From assembly GCA_030704615.1 (NCBI GenBank), contig CM060732.1, positions 43,834,001 to 43,898,000 of the forward strand: 64,000 nucleotides of DNA, written 5' to 3'. Source of the stretch: Takakia lepidozioides. Lineage: Eukaryota > Plantae > Bryophyta. Position 1 is the stretch's first letter, and every line of letters starts with the position of its first letter. Below, in pieces: positions 13,270 through 24,334 of this stretch. The notes under the pieces are model-generated. The model had not been told where the DNA came from. It saw nothing but the letters and a program-made list of their open reading frames with translations, and did no database searches. A program made the position numbers and the translations under genes.

Positions 13270-14364
13270 TTGAGTGTCAACACGGACGTGCCACTAGTTG
13301 CTGGGGACAGTGCTGGTTCGAGCATTAGTGATACTAGTGGGTACACGAGACGAGGTGTGCGGTTTAGGCCACCTTCACCTCCTGTGTCTTCTACAGAAGG
13401 TTCTGATTTGGATTGTGAATCAGGAGGACTCATACCGGCGGTGCAAGTTGTTTCCTTGCCATTGTTGTGGGACACAATGGAGGAGATGTATGGAGCTACC
13501 AAGGGGCCACGAAGGTACTCTGGGGCGGTGGGCACGATTGAGTTGGATGATTTTATCCAAGAGTTTGATAGTTGGTGTGATTTGCAGCAAATGCGCAATC
13601 CACAACTATGTACGCCTTTCATGGCATGGAAGGGGCTGTTTCAGCACCTTGAGGGGCCGCCTATGGATGATTACCATGAGTTCAGGCGGGGGCATGAGGT
13701 TGAGATCGATTTTGCTGGCAGAGCGGATAGAGCTCAACATGGTGGAGGAACGAGTGGTCATGGTGGGATTTGCTAAGGAGACACCACAGGGTAGTAGTGC
13801 TCCTAGCCAATCACTACCTCAACGTGCTCAAGGCAACAAGGGGGCTCATGTGAAGTTCAGGGAAGGGAAGAGAGGACCTCAGATGCAGGGGTCTCTCCCT
13901 TCATTTGCTGGCCAACAACGGGCGGATGTGGTGTGCTGGACATGTGGAGGACCCCATGTCAAGAAGGATTGCCCAGAGGGAGGCAAAGGCCGACACATGC
14001 ACAGCCTGCACAGTTGCAGTGTGGGCATTGTGGCAAGCACGGGCATGGAGAGGCCCAGTGTTATGGTTTGCATCCCGAGTTGCGCCCAGGCCAGTTCCAA
14101 GGGAACAATGGTGGCCGGGGGCGAGGGGAAGCAGCCCAAAGAGGACGAGATGGCCAGGTACGGGGTGTAGGCCAAGGGCAAGCTCAACATGGCCAAGGAC
14201 GCGGAGGTCAGGGTGTTGACCAAGGCATGGCCAACCGGCTTCAGCAGCTAGAGCAGAGGCTTGCTGCCATGGCTACAGCTCAGGTGGTACCGGCTCCAAG
14301 GCCGGATGGTCCACCTCCTGCTCCTGAGGGAGGAGATATGGAAGGCATGGGATTCATGTGCTGA
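13270..14364 (+). pseudogene. gag: Gag (capsid largely deleted near 13708) with two zinc knuckles
   Basis: CWTCGGPHVKKDC (CX2CX3HX4C) and CGHCGKHGHGEAQC (CX2CX4HX4C), followed by a G/Q/R-rich segment; frameshifted. Confidence 0.8.
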
Positions 14365-14949
14365 GCAGCACTACCACTAGTGCAGGTGGAGTCTGCTGCA
14401 GCCGTGACTCAAGGAGTAGCACAAGTTCCTGAGCCACGAGATGCAGAGGTGGAGTTGGATCCACAGCGTGGGGAGGCAAGCTGTCAGGCTAGGCTTCCTC
14501 AGTCATTCACATTGACGGAGACAGTGTTGACGCCATCCATGGCACCTAGTTCTTGCCCAACTGTTACCGAGGCGGAGGTTATTATGCCATTGGGGAGAGC
14601 TACACGGGTAGCACCACTACCTAGTGTTGCCAAGGCTACGACAGCTAGTGTGCTGCTGGGAGCGGCCACATCTGTGTGTCAGGCTCCATTGTTCTCGGCT
14701 ACCATGATTGCGACGCCGGGGGTAAGACCAGCTGAGGTGTTCAGGCTGGCAGCTACACTTTGTGAGAGTGGGGAGGTTACTTCATCTTCTGCGGAGATAG
14801 TGGGAGGTGTAGTGCCGGAGGGATCCTCGGATTTGAGGGTCAAGACTGCCACGGCGGTGCCATGGCAAGCTGCAACTGCCAGGTTGATGGAGCTTCCGGC
14901 TAGGCCAGCCATTGAGCGCGCCATGGTGACACCTGGAGTTGTCATGTTA

Positions 14950-15330
14950 GACAACCAAGATGACATTTTCTGTTTGAGTGGACCGGCAGGCAAGAGGTAC
15001 CGGCCACTGCGGGTTTTGTTGGACTCAGGAGCTCAGCCATTGATACTGGGCAGATCTGCTATTGCAGGCTTGGGCCTCACGGAGGCGGATATGGAGTCTT
15101 GTCATTTCCAGATACAGACGTCTCTGGGAGGATCGGAGCAGGCTCGGGGCATGACACGGCGTGAGTTGGCTATCAGACTACGGCCGGATCACCCTACAGA
15201 TGGCTCAGTGATGCGAGCCAAGACCATTGTGACAGACGCGGTCTCGTACGATATCCTGGTTGGTGGGGCAATGTTGTACCCCATGGGCTTCACCCTGGAT
15301 TTTTGGGAGGAGTCAGCTTCCTATAGGCCT
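14950..15330 (+). pseudogene. Retropepsin aspartic protease domain
   Basis: RVLLDSGAQ (DSG at 15022-15030), flap IQTSLGG, YDILVGGAML. Confidence 0.88.
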
Positions 15331-15732
15331 GCATGGCAGTCAGGGAAGGGCCGGCGTGTGCAGCTCCGTGTGACGTTCATAGGAGAAGTTGCGGTTGCCC
15401 AGCGAGGCAAGATGCCGACACTAGCAGCATTCACAACGGCAGTGAGTTGGCCTGGAGAGTTGTTTGAGGGCAACGCTCATTTAGAGGATGTGCCACCTCT
15501 GGGAGAGCAGGATGACATGTATGGTATGGCGGAGTTGCCTACCATGGTTGCTCAGACTCTATTGTGGGGCACGAGTAAGGATTTGCAGCGGGATGTTGAT
15601 TGACGGGTGCAACAAGCCTGGGTGGAGGCTTTTGTACCGTCAGGAGAGGAGGAGAGTGCGGGGATTGCACCAAGACCACCTCAGTTGTCTCCATTGGACA
15701 CCCCACCTATTGTGTGGCAGTATCCGGATGAA

Positions 15733-16670
15733 GGCATTTGTCTTCTGGACTTGTTTGGCGGGATCAGCACCGGATTGACTGTTGTGTTACAGGCTGGTGT
15801 ACGAGTTCGGCGTTACCTGTATGTGGAGAGGGATGAGACTGCACGACGCGTTTCACTTCGCCATGTTACTCAATTGGTGTAGCGGTACCCTAAGTTGTTG
15901 CCAGTGTCTGCAGTTCGTGGATATCAGCAGGCCTTGCCAGCAGATATTTCGTTGCTGGGGGGGGCAGGATTTGGAGCGGGTTGGCTCCATTGATCTAGTA
16001 GTGGCAGGTTGGCCCTGCCAAGGACATTCATCAGCCGGGCATGACAATGGATTGCGAGACTCGAGGTCGGGTCTGTTTTGGGAGATGGTGCGGGTTTTGC
16101 GCCACTTACAGCTTCATCAAGCTGTATCTCCAGCATACATCTTGGAGAATGTGCCACTGATGGGCGATTCTCGGGCCAGGGTGATGGCCAGTGTGCATCA
16201 AGTCCGGTCATGGCTTGGGTCAGCAGTGTTGCTAGATGCAGCTACAGTGGGGTCACGGGCTCATCGTCCACGGCTATGGTGGACTAACTTGATGCCACCC
16301 GCACTGCTCAAGCGTGCATTTGATGGGGTGCAGCGGCCAGCACATCTCACAGTGGATAGCATTCTGGACACAGGAAGGCAGTCTCAGCGTGTGAGACATG
16401 ATGATCGTTTGCCTTTGGCAGGTCAACCACGAGCAACATTACCTACACTGCTCAGCTTCCCAGGATCGCATGCTTTCCGGGATTGTGGACCTGACCTACT
16501 GTGGGATGCTTAGTTGCAGCAGTTAGTGGAGCCTAATGCTGACGAGCGTGAGCGGGCAATGGGTTTTACCACTGGTACCACGACGGTGCCGTCTCTTTCT
16601 GAGGCAGCACGTCGTCAGGTGTTGGGGCAAGCAATGGATCTCAATTGCTTGACCTGCATTACCAGCTTGG
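15733..16670 (+). pseudogene. C5 cytosine DNA methyltransferase, DNMT3-like, embedded in the retrotransposon pol
   Basis: Motif I LLDLFGGISTG, II YLYVERD, III ADI, IV DLVVAGWPCQGHS (PC 16013-16018), V SGLFW, VI YILENV (ENV 16145-16153), VIII DAATVGSRAHRPRLWWTNL, IX ERERAMGF, X RRQVLGQAMD. Two TAG stops (15880, 16511) and a frameshift at or near a G8 run (15957-15964). Confidence 0.93.
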
Positions 16671-17157
16671 CTATGGCTGAGCAATGCAGAGTGCGGAGTG
16701 CACTTCCCTCGCTTGTCTCTCTGCCTACCGAGACGGTACAGGCAGTGAGTGGGGGCGAGCATGTGAGGACCACGGGGTGTAGGCATCCATGGCACACGTG
16801 GGAGGTGCTTGAGGTTCAGAGGGAGTTGGCAGCCAAGGCGGCTGTGATGGATGAGGTTGGGGATTCTTCTCGGGTTGAGGAGGTCCTCAAGGATGAGATG
16901 ATGGGGCAGGATGAGGCCTTGTCATTGACTGAGCAGGCAGGGAGTACTGCTCAAGAGGTTGCATCATAACAACCACGGGACGCGTCCTCTACCTCTAAGT
17001 CTGCTGGACTTAAGGTTGCAGTTACGAAGGGCAATTGGGAGCCTGTCATTGGACCTATTGTCACTAGAGGAGAGAGACGACCTATACGGCGGTTCTTGAG
17101 GCTTACAAGAATTTCTTTGCCTCTCGTGCTACGGTGGAGGAGCATGAAAGACATGTT

Positions 17158-18660
17158 CAGGTTGTGCATCGACCGGGTTTGGTCAATAGGGATGCGGATG
17201 GATTGAGTCACAATCCATGCACAAGCCAGCAAGATGAAACTGGAGCTCGGTGGCATGGTGAGACGGACGAGGAGATGGTGTCGGGATGGCATGCATCTGC
17301 CTTTTTGTGTATCTTGGCATTGGGAGGTCAGGTTGGACCTACAACAGGGATGATTGTAGACGGAGTGTCTGAGGACCCTGAGGCTAGTGATGAGCCAGGT
17401 GGTGCCAGAGATATACATGAGGATTTGGTTGTGTTGAACTACCTCCGCACTGGAGACACGACAGCTAGTGTGACTGCGAAGGAGAGGGATCGGATCCTAC
17501 AACGAGCCAAGAGGTTCAAATGGGAGGGGATACACCTGCTTCGAGTGTGGGAGGATGGTCGGGTGATGATCGTGCCTCATCCAACACAGCGTGCATGGTT
17601 AGTGCGGCATGTCCATGAGGAGTTGGGGCATTTTGGAGTGCGACGCATTCATAGTTTACTACAGGGGCAGTATTGGTGGCGTGGTATGCACAAAGAGGTG
17701 CAACAGTTTGTGGCTAGGTGCATGGTGTGTGACAGGGTGTGTGCTTCATTCAACGCCCCTACACCACAGTTGCATCATTTACCCATCATGGGATTGGGCT
17801 ACAGGTGGAGTCTTGACTTCGCAGGGCCTTTGCCACTGACGATGCGTCACCACAGATATGTGTTGGTGATGGTGGAGCACTTCTCCAAGTGGATTGAGTT
17901 GGTTCCATTGCTTGACAAGGCTAGTGAGGGGGACTGCGTATGCATTCCTGGATCGTGTGCTTAGCTGATTCGGTGCTCCAGCTGAGGTACTCACGGACCA
18001 AGGGAGAGAGTTCTTGGGGGAGTTTCAGGCTTTGTGTGATAAAGCCTTGATAGACCACCGTACCACTTCTCGGGATCATCCTGAGGCCGATGACTTGGCA
18101 AAGAGAGTGGTGCAGACGGTGAAGATGGGTTTGCGCAAGTATGGCTTGCAAAAATGACACCTAGGAGATTGGGATCTTCAGGTACCTTGGCTAGCTATGG
18201 GTTACAGGTTTAGCAAGCAAACATCACTTGCCTCCTTTTCACCATATTTCCTTCTCTTTGGCCGAGAGCCAGATTTGCCTGCGTCTATTTGCAGGGAGGC
18301 TGCAGTAATCCTCAACCTTGATGATCCGGATGTGTGGACACAAGCATGTGCCCAGCGGGCAGAATTGTTCAAGAGAGTTATGCCTATGGCTTTTGAGAAT
18401 CTTGCTATTGCCCAACACCGAGACACATTGAGGTATGCCACTATACGTGGAGAGGGATATCGGCCAGATCTTCGGCGTTTCCACCCTGGGGACTATGTGT
18501 ATCTGCAGCAGACAGCGCCTACGACCTTGGATGTCACAGCAGGACGTGTGATTCTAAGGGTCAGGGAGGTGTTGCCTTCAGGAGTGTAGATTCTGGAGGG
18601 TCGAGATGACATGGTATGGAAGGACCATGTGCGTAATTGTGCGCCATGTCACCTTCCACA
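17158..18660 (+). pseudogene. RNase H C-terminal remnant and DDE integrase
   Basis: QVVHRPGLVNRDADGLS (RH end); HHCC HEELGHFG..CMVCD; WSLDFAGP, LTDQGREF, HPEADDLAKRV (catalytic E mutated to K); SPYFLLFGREP; FHPGDYVY. Confidence 0.92.
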
Positions 18661-18712
18661 TGTGGATGGGATGATAGATCCCAACCTTGCAGTGGTACCT
18701 ACAGGATTGCAT

Positions 18713-18856
18713 TGCATGCTATGTGGGCATGCTTGTGGTGCCGCCACTATGCTGGTGTGTGATCGATGCTCAAGAGGTTGGCACATGGGATGCTTGACAT
18801 CACCTCTTGAGAGGGTTCATGATGGAGATTGGTTATGTCCACACTGCTTGGGATAG
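18713..18856 (+). pseudogene. PHD finger at the integrase C-terminus
   Basis: CMLC..MLVCDRCSRGWHMGC..DGDWLCPHC is a canonical C4-H-C3 with the conserved W; it lies in the integrase frame apart from a TAG at 18587. Confidence 0.92.
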
Positions 18857-19116
18857 TGGCAGTGGATATGACTAGTGGCAGCTCACAAGACTTGGGAGAC
18901 CAAGCTCATATGAGTCAATATCCAAGATCTCAGGCTCAAGTTCACAGGTTGCAAGATGGCGACTAACGATGGGGCAACTCTTGTACCCGACCTCTTGATC
19001 TATTGAGTTTGAGTGTAGTAGGGACAGTGGTGGAGGACTTAGTGAGGCTATGGTCACTATCACATCTTGTGGCTACCTGGACTTAGAGGGACCTAAGCAC
19101 CAGCTAGGGGGGCGAT

Positions 19117-19304
19117 TGTGTGGACTAGTGACTGCCATAGTAGGCAGCATAGTGGCAGCCTAGTGACTGACTAGTTGTAGTCTAGTGGTTGGACTAGTGG
19201 TTGGACTAGTTGTGGACTAGTGATATACTAGTGTGTGGCGTGCACATGTGTTGTGTGGTTTTGGACAGCGATGTAGTTGTGTAGCGATATGTATGCGCAC
19301 GACA
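19117..19304 (+). repeat. LTR-like repeat copy 1 (TGT...ACA) immediately after the polypurine tract
   Basis: Starts TGTGTGGACTAGTG, ends GCGCACGACA, preceded by AGGGGGGCGAT. Confidence 0.7.
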
Positions 19305-19625
19305 ACTGTCAAGTTATTTTACCACTAGTGTGAAACTAGCTAGGAAATAACTAACTTTTACATATTGACATTTGGGATTGGCCCAAGTGTCAGTCCAGGG
19401 GTCAAGACAGATTTATGCCTTGGAGTGGTTATCTTCACGGCAAGCGTGGAAGGCTCATCTTTCTCGAGTTGAGCCTCATCGCGCCTAGCTATGGCGCCGT
19501 AGTGTGGATTCCCCATGGCGTGGGGTGCACTTGGCTTGACTTGTATTTGAGTGATGAGGTTATATATGCATGAGTTTATGCTTCAGATTTGTGAGCTCGT
19601 GCTTGTATTCTTCATCTTTATCTAT

Positions 19626-19801
19626 TGTATGGACTAGTGACTGCCATAGTGGGCAGTATAGTGACAGCCTAGTGACTGACTAGTTGTAGCCTAGTGGTTG
19701 GACTAGTGGTGGATTAGTGATATACTAGTGTGTGGCGTGCACATGTGTTGTGTGGTTTTGGACAACGATGTAGTTGTGTAGCGATATGTATGCGCACAAC
19801 A
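19626..19801 (+). repeat. LTR-like repeat copy 2 (TGT...ACA)
   Basis: Near-identical direct repeat of 19117-19304, slightly shorter, 321 bp downstream. Confidence 0.75.
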
Positions 19802-20329
19802 CATCTTTATCTTTCTTGCAAAGAAGGAGTGCACCAAAGGAATTTCCATTGCGCTCAAAATTCCAGCTTTTATGAAGCCTTTTATTTCTCTGTTCATGGG
19901 AATATCCATTCTACCCCCCTAATTGGACGTACAAAGGAGCCACTTGAAATTTTCAACATTTGATCCTCAAATTGGGAGAGCACACCTGTAACCCTCCTTG
20001 CTTTATGAATGTGGAGGCCCATGCCCCAAGAAAATTATCAAACCAGCAAGTCACCTTGGTCAAAGGGAATTTTTTCATCAATTTTTATGTGGTTATAGAT
20101 TTCACCATGGATTTTTGCTAGAGTCGACCCTCTTTAAATGTTATCTCCGTATATCTCTTTTATTGTTACGTTTTTTATACTCTGTAGAATATTACACTAG
20201 GAAAGAGTCAAAGAGTGTTATTTGTTAAATGTTAGGAAAGTCATATTCTATATGGTGTAAAACCACCCTCTATATTTGTTACATGTCATTATGCACCTCC
20301 AATTAGTTGGTGGGATTTAGAACCTCCAA

Positions 20330-20583
20330 TACAATTGCCACGCCTCAAACAAGGATTTGTTTTCACATTCATGCCTCAAGGTCTTCAGAAACTCAAGCAA
20401 CGCAACTCTGTTTGCATTACTTTCTGCTTCTGTTAATCCAAATTGCAAGATGAACCTCTCCCACCATTGCTTAGACATATTGATACGAGTCTTTTCATCA
20501 CTTAGATAATATTTTGGATTGAAGAGCTTTAATGTATTAAAACTAAAAGGTCAGGAAATATCTCATTCAAGCTATCCACAATC
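20330..20583 (-). mobile_element. hAT-like transposase C-terminal fragment
   Basis: Manual translation IVDSLNEIFPDLLVFNTLKLFNPKYY...LFEAWQ resembles the RFPD..IFxP segment preceding the hAT dimerisation domain. Confidence 0.45.
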
Positions 20584-23025
20584 GCTATTGAGCACCACCA
20601 TTGAGCACTCTACTATCAATATACCACTATTGAGTATTGTACCAACGTACCATTATTGAAGTCCACTAAGGTCTGAGAGCCAAGCTTACCACTATTGAGC
20701 ACTATACCAGTATATTACTATTGAGATCTACTGAAGTCTTAGAGCCACTAGAGAGTTTGCTTGAGCCTTGGAGCACGTATATGAAAGATGGACATGTTTT
20801 AGGGTTTAAAAGGAAATGAAGGGCAACTGGCATCGATTCTCCAAGCTAGACTTGCTAGTAAGAATACTAATAGTTATCAATAATTTGTACTGTTCTTTTA
20901 TAATTTTTACCTTCTTTTGTCAGGTTTTTTTTTTTCTTTTTGCCTTCACTGTGACGGACAATGTTTTGTCAATTCTTTTGATAGGCAATTTTTTTTGTCA
21001 TTTTTTTTTGCCATTTCAAAGGTGTTGTGACAGGTGCAAAAAACAACCTTAAGTTATAGTAAGGGTGATCAAGGTTTGTTGCCCCCCTAACTGACCCCTT
21101 TGTCTTTTCTTGTAGGTGGCCCGTAGCCTTGCATAATGCTATTGATTTTTATCCAAACTAAGCTATATTTTAGGAGAGAGGATGAATTTTGACATCTTCA
21201 TCTAAAACTTATATTAATTATCACTTAAGGTGTCATGGCCCACATAGCAAATTGGCGCCAATAGTTTAGTGGGGCAAAATGGACAGTCCATGGAACCATC
21301 CTTTCTCATTTTTAAGGGGCGGTTGCTTATTGGGGGGGGGATTGGGAGTACCCATGGAAGCTGGCCCTTACACTATATGGCATGTGGAACATAATCCGCC
21401 CTCGAGATTTTGCATAGTATATTTTTATGGAGACTATTAGATAGAATAGCACAGCTATGGCGACCAATGCATTCCATGTCGCGTAAATGCCCGTTCTCCA
21501 AGATCAGTGCATTGTGCGGCATGGAATGCACTACTTATACCAGTATCCGGAAAAAGATACCTCATGTATGAGTGATCTAAAAAGGCCGCCCCTCGGACTT
21601 CATTGCCTTATAGGTGTCAGGAGCAACCACAACTAAAGGATTTTTTCTATAAGATGAGAATGGGAATGTGTTTAATGGTGGATGTGGTTGTGGGACACTG
21701 GAGTTTTGTCATGGAAATCTCTATGCCGTCATCCCTGTTAGTCAAGAGCAGCTAAACACATTTCCCAAGTCATACAAATCTTTCTTCAAAAACAATCTAG
21801 TGTAAAAGCTTCCTCTTCTTCCACTTCTTCCACCTCTTCTTTTAGTGTTTTCTTGACATGCCAGGGGATCTTTTCAAGAATAAAAAGCTTGAGCCTCTTG
21901 AATTTAGAATCTTTCCGTGGAATTTTAACACCCTTACACCTAGCTTTGGAATCTTTTCTTAAGATCCTTGCAAGCGTCAAAGCGTCAAAGCGAGACGATT
22001 GTTAATTCCCCCCACCCCCTTTAGTCGTGCCATCAGCCAACACTGCTGCCCAAAATCCGGAGCATATTCCAGGCTTTTCTGTCTGTATGTCGCAATTTCT
22101 TCCGCAAGAGTTGCCATATCTTTCTGCCATCCGACCCGCCTACATTATTTCCCTTACTGTGGGTTACTTGGACAAGAATTAGGAAGCTATTGGGGATTGA
22201 AAAAGAGCCATAGGGAGCAATTTATGTACTAAAACCAACTTGTAGGATGCTGAAAGGAAATTTCTTGAGGACTTTCCATAACCGGACTCATGGGACATTC
22301 CCCAGGAGCATCAGATGCTTTGTAACAGGAGATTGTGGATGAAAAACATTCGTCCCTTATGGGAACGTCCCCATCCACAGTACACATCCAATTCCTATGT
22401 TTCAACTACCTTACTTGGACGACGCACATCTATTGGGGATGTACACTTCCATACTCTACATTCATCACTCGCACTCTGCAAATAATGAAAGCAGGATCGG
22501 ATGTACAAGGATGCTTTGTGGATGAACTGTGAATGAACGCCTAATGGATGCTCAGCGGACGAACGCGCTCTGAATGGATGCTGATGGATGCCTACAGATA
22601 TGTGAATATGGATGCTTGATGCTCAATAGATGCCTTTAAAGATGCTAAATGGAACAACGGAGGCATGAATTGGAGCGGAATGGATCAAAGGATGCTGAAA
22701 CGATGCTATTATCCGATGACCTAGTTCTTCTTGATAGGCTGACAAGATGGATGGATGATTAATGGATGTGGCAGTAGGGGAGTGGATGGATGAGCAACGC
22801 TATCCACACACGGGGCAGGGGCGGGGGCCGTCGGATGTGGAGGGAGAGCGAGGGAGATGCGGAAGAGAGGCAGGCAGAGTGCGAGGTGTGTTGGGGCGAG
22901 TGTTGAGGAGGGGGTTTCTCTCCTTCCATTCGTGTGGGAGGGAGTTAAGGGATTGCAGCTTAGAGGAAGCTGCAATTGTTGCAATCGAGGAGGTGCTTGT
23001 GGGATACTGCAAGACCAAGCCAGCA

Positions 23026-24334
23026 ATGGCGGCTGTGCTGGAGGTCGGCGTGGCCGCATGCAGAGCTTTGCCGGTAGCGTCGTCTGGATCTTCAGCGATG
23101 GGATTGGCATCGCCGTTGAGACTGCAGGGATGCAGTGGGAGTTCGTTCCCAGTCTGCAGAGGTCTGAGGATTGGTCTTCGCAGCAGGTCCCGTCCAGCTG
23201 CGGTTGGTGGCACGTCCCAGTCGTCTCAGCGTTCTGTAGGAGTCGTTGCCGAAGCACAGGAAACCGTGACAGGAGGTATGTGGTCAAGTTTGTGTAGTTG
23301 CTATCACCTTGTTCGTAGGGAGTTTTGGTTAATATCTCGTCGGGGACAGCATCTTCGTGTTCCGGTCCCCATTCTCGACCACTACTGTTTTTTTGGTTCT
23401 TGCATTGCTACCACTATAACCTCAGTTAAAGTTTAGGTAGGCTGATTCTAAGATTCCATGGCCACCACAAGGTCATTCAGAGTGTAGAGCCTGAGACCAG
23501 ACCCTTCAGCACTTTGCTCCAGGAAAAAGCTTTGGCACTGCCCCGGAGCTCCTAGAAAATATAGCGCCGTGAAGATTCCACTCCTGCACGCCTCTCTTCG
23601 CTTCTTTTCTTGTGGATGTACTCAATTATGGAAGCCCTAGGTCTACAAGGCAGGGAAACTTGGCGTTGTTAACTTTGACCTAGTCATGAAGCCAGCATAA
23701 TCTCTGGTTTTAGCAGCATTCAGAAAGTATCCCTTGCTCCTTGCTACTCCCTTTGACCTGCTGTGTTGCCACTCAGTGGAACCAGTGGGGATGACTCAAA
23801 ATTGACAAACGAAGCGGAACTATTTTTCACTAGTTGCTTTCTATTGGCAGTTGCTTCTTTACTTTGTTTCTGATTACTCTGTGCATTTGGCGCTTTGATA
23901 TCACTTCAATTTGTCTATTTGCATGCCATTACTTGAAGTTACCGTAGCACAGCATCAGCTGTTATGAATGGGGATGCAGTTTGTTCACCTAGTGTTGTTT
24001 CAATGTCGCAGCTGCAGGTATTGTATCAGACCAAACGTTCCAAAAGCTTGTGTTGGAGAGTGATATTCCAGTCCTGGTCGACTTTTGGGCCCCATGGTGT
24101 GGACCCTGTCGAATGATTGCACCTGTAATAGATGAACTTGCAAGACACTATGCGGGTAAGATTAAGTGCTTGAAGCTCAACACAGACGAGAGCCCCCACG
24201 TGGCCACTGAATATGGCATTCGGAGTATTCCCACTGTCATGATTTTCAAGAGAGGGGAGAAGAAGGACACAGTGATTGGAGCTGTGCCAAAGTCTACCTT
24301 GACAGTGACAATCGAGAAGTACCTTGATTGGTAA
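23026..24334 (+). CDS. TRXM: Plastid thioredoxin m-type; exons 23026-23275 and 24012 (or 24018)-24334
   Basis: Transit-peptide-like exon 1 ending [11 protein letters not shown]; [41 protein letters not shown]; GT-AG intron. Confidence 0.93.

Larger units (their letters stand above)
13215..19801 (+). mobile_element. Ty3/Gypsy LTR retrotransposon carrying a DNA methyltransferase and PHD finger (deleted, non-autonomous copy); 5' boundary uncertain, may extend to 8691
   Basis: Order PR-(RT)-RH-INT is the Gypsy order; PPT AGGGGGG at 19106-19112 followed by a TG..CA repeat. Confidence 0.85.

Noticed and set aside
14362-14364. Programmed gag-pol stop readthrough at TGA
   Set aside because: The copy has many other in-frame stops, so this one cannot be distinguished from decay without sister copies.
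15733-16670. Host DNMT3/DRM gene or bacterial restriction-modification contamination
   Set aside because: Intronless, lacking its own start, and collinear with protease and integrase among spliced plant genes.
909-16670. Functional link between FPG glycosylase and the TE methyltransferase
   Set aside because: FPG repairs oxidised purines and is an ordinary host gene; the proximity is most simply chance.
19117-19801. Independent TRIM or retrozyme
   Set aside because: No TSD, no PBS or PPT in the spacer and no hammerhead core; the PPT lies upstream of the first repeat.
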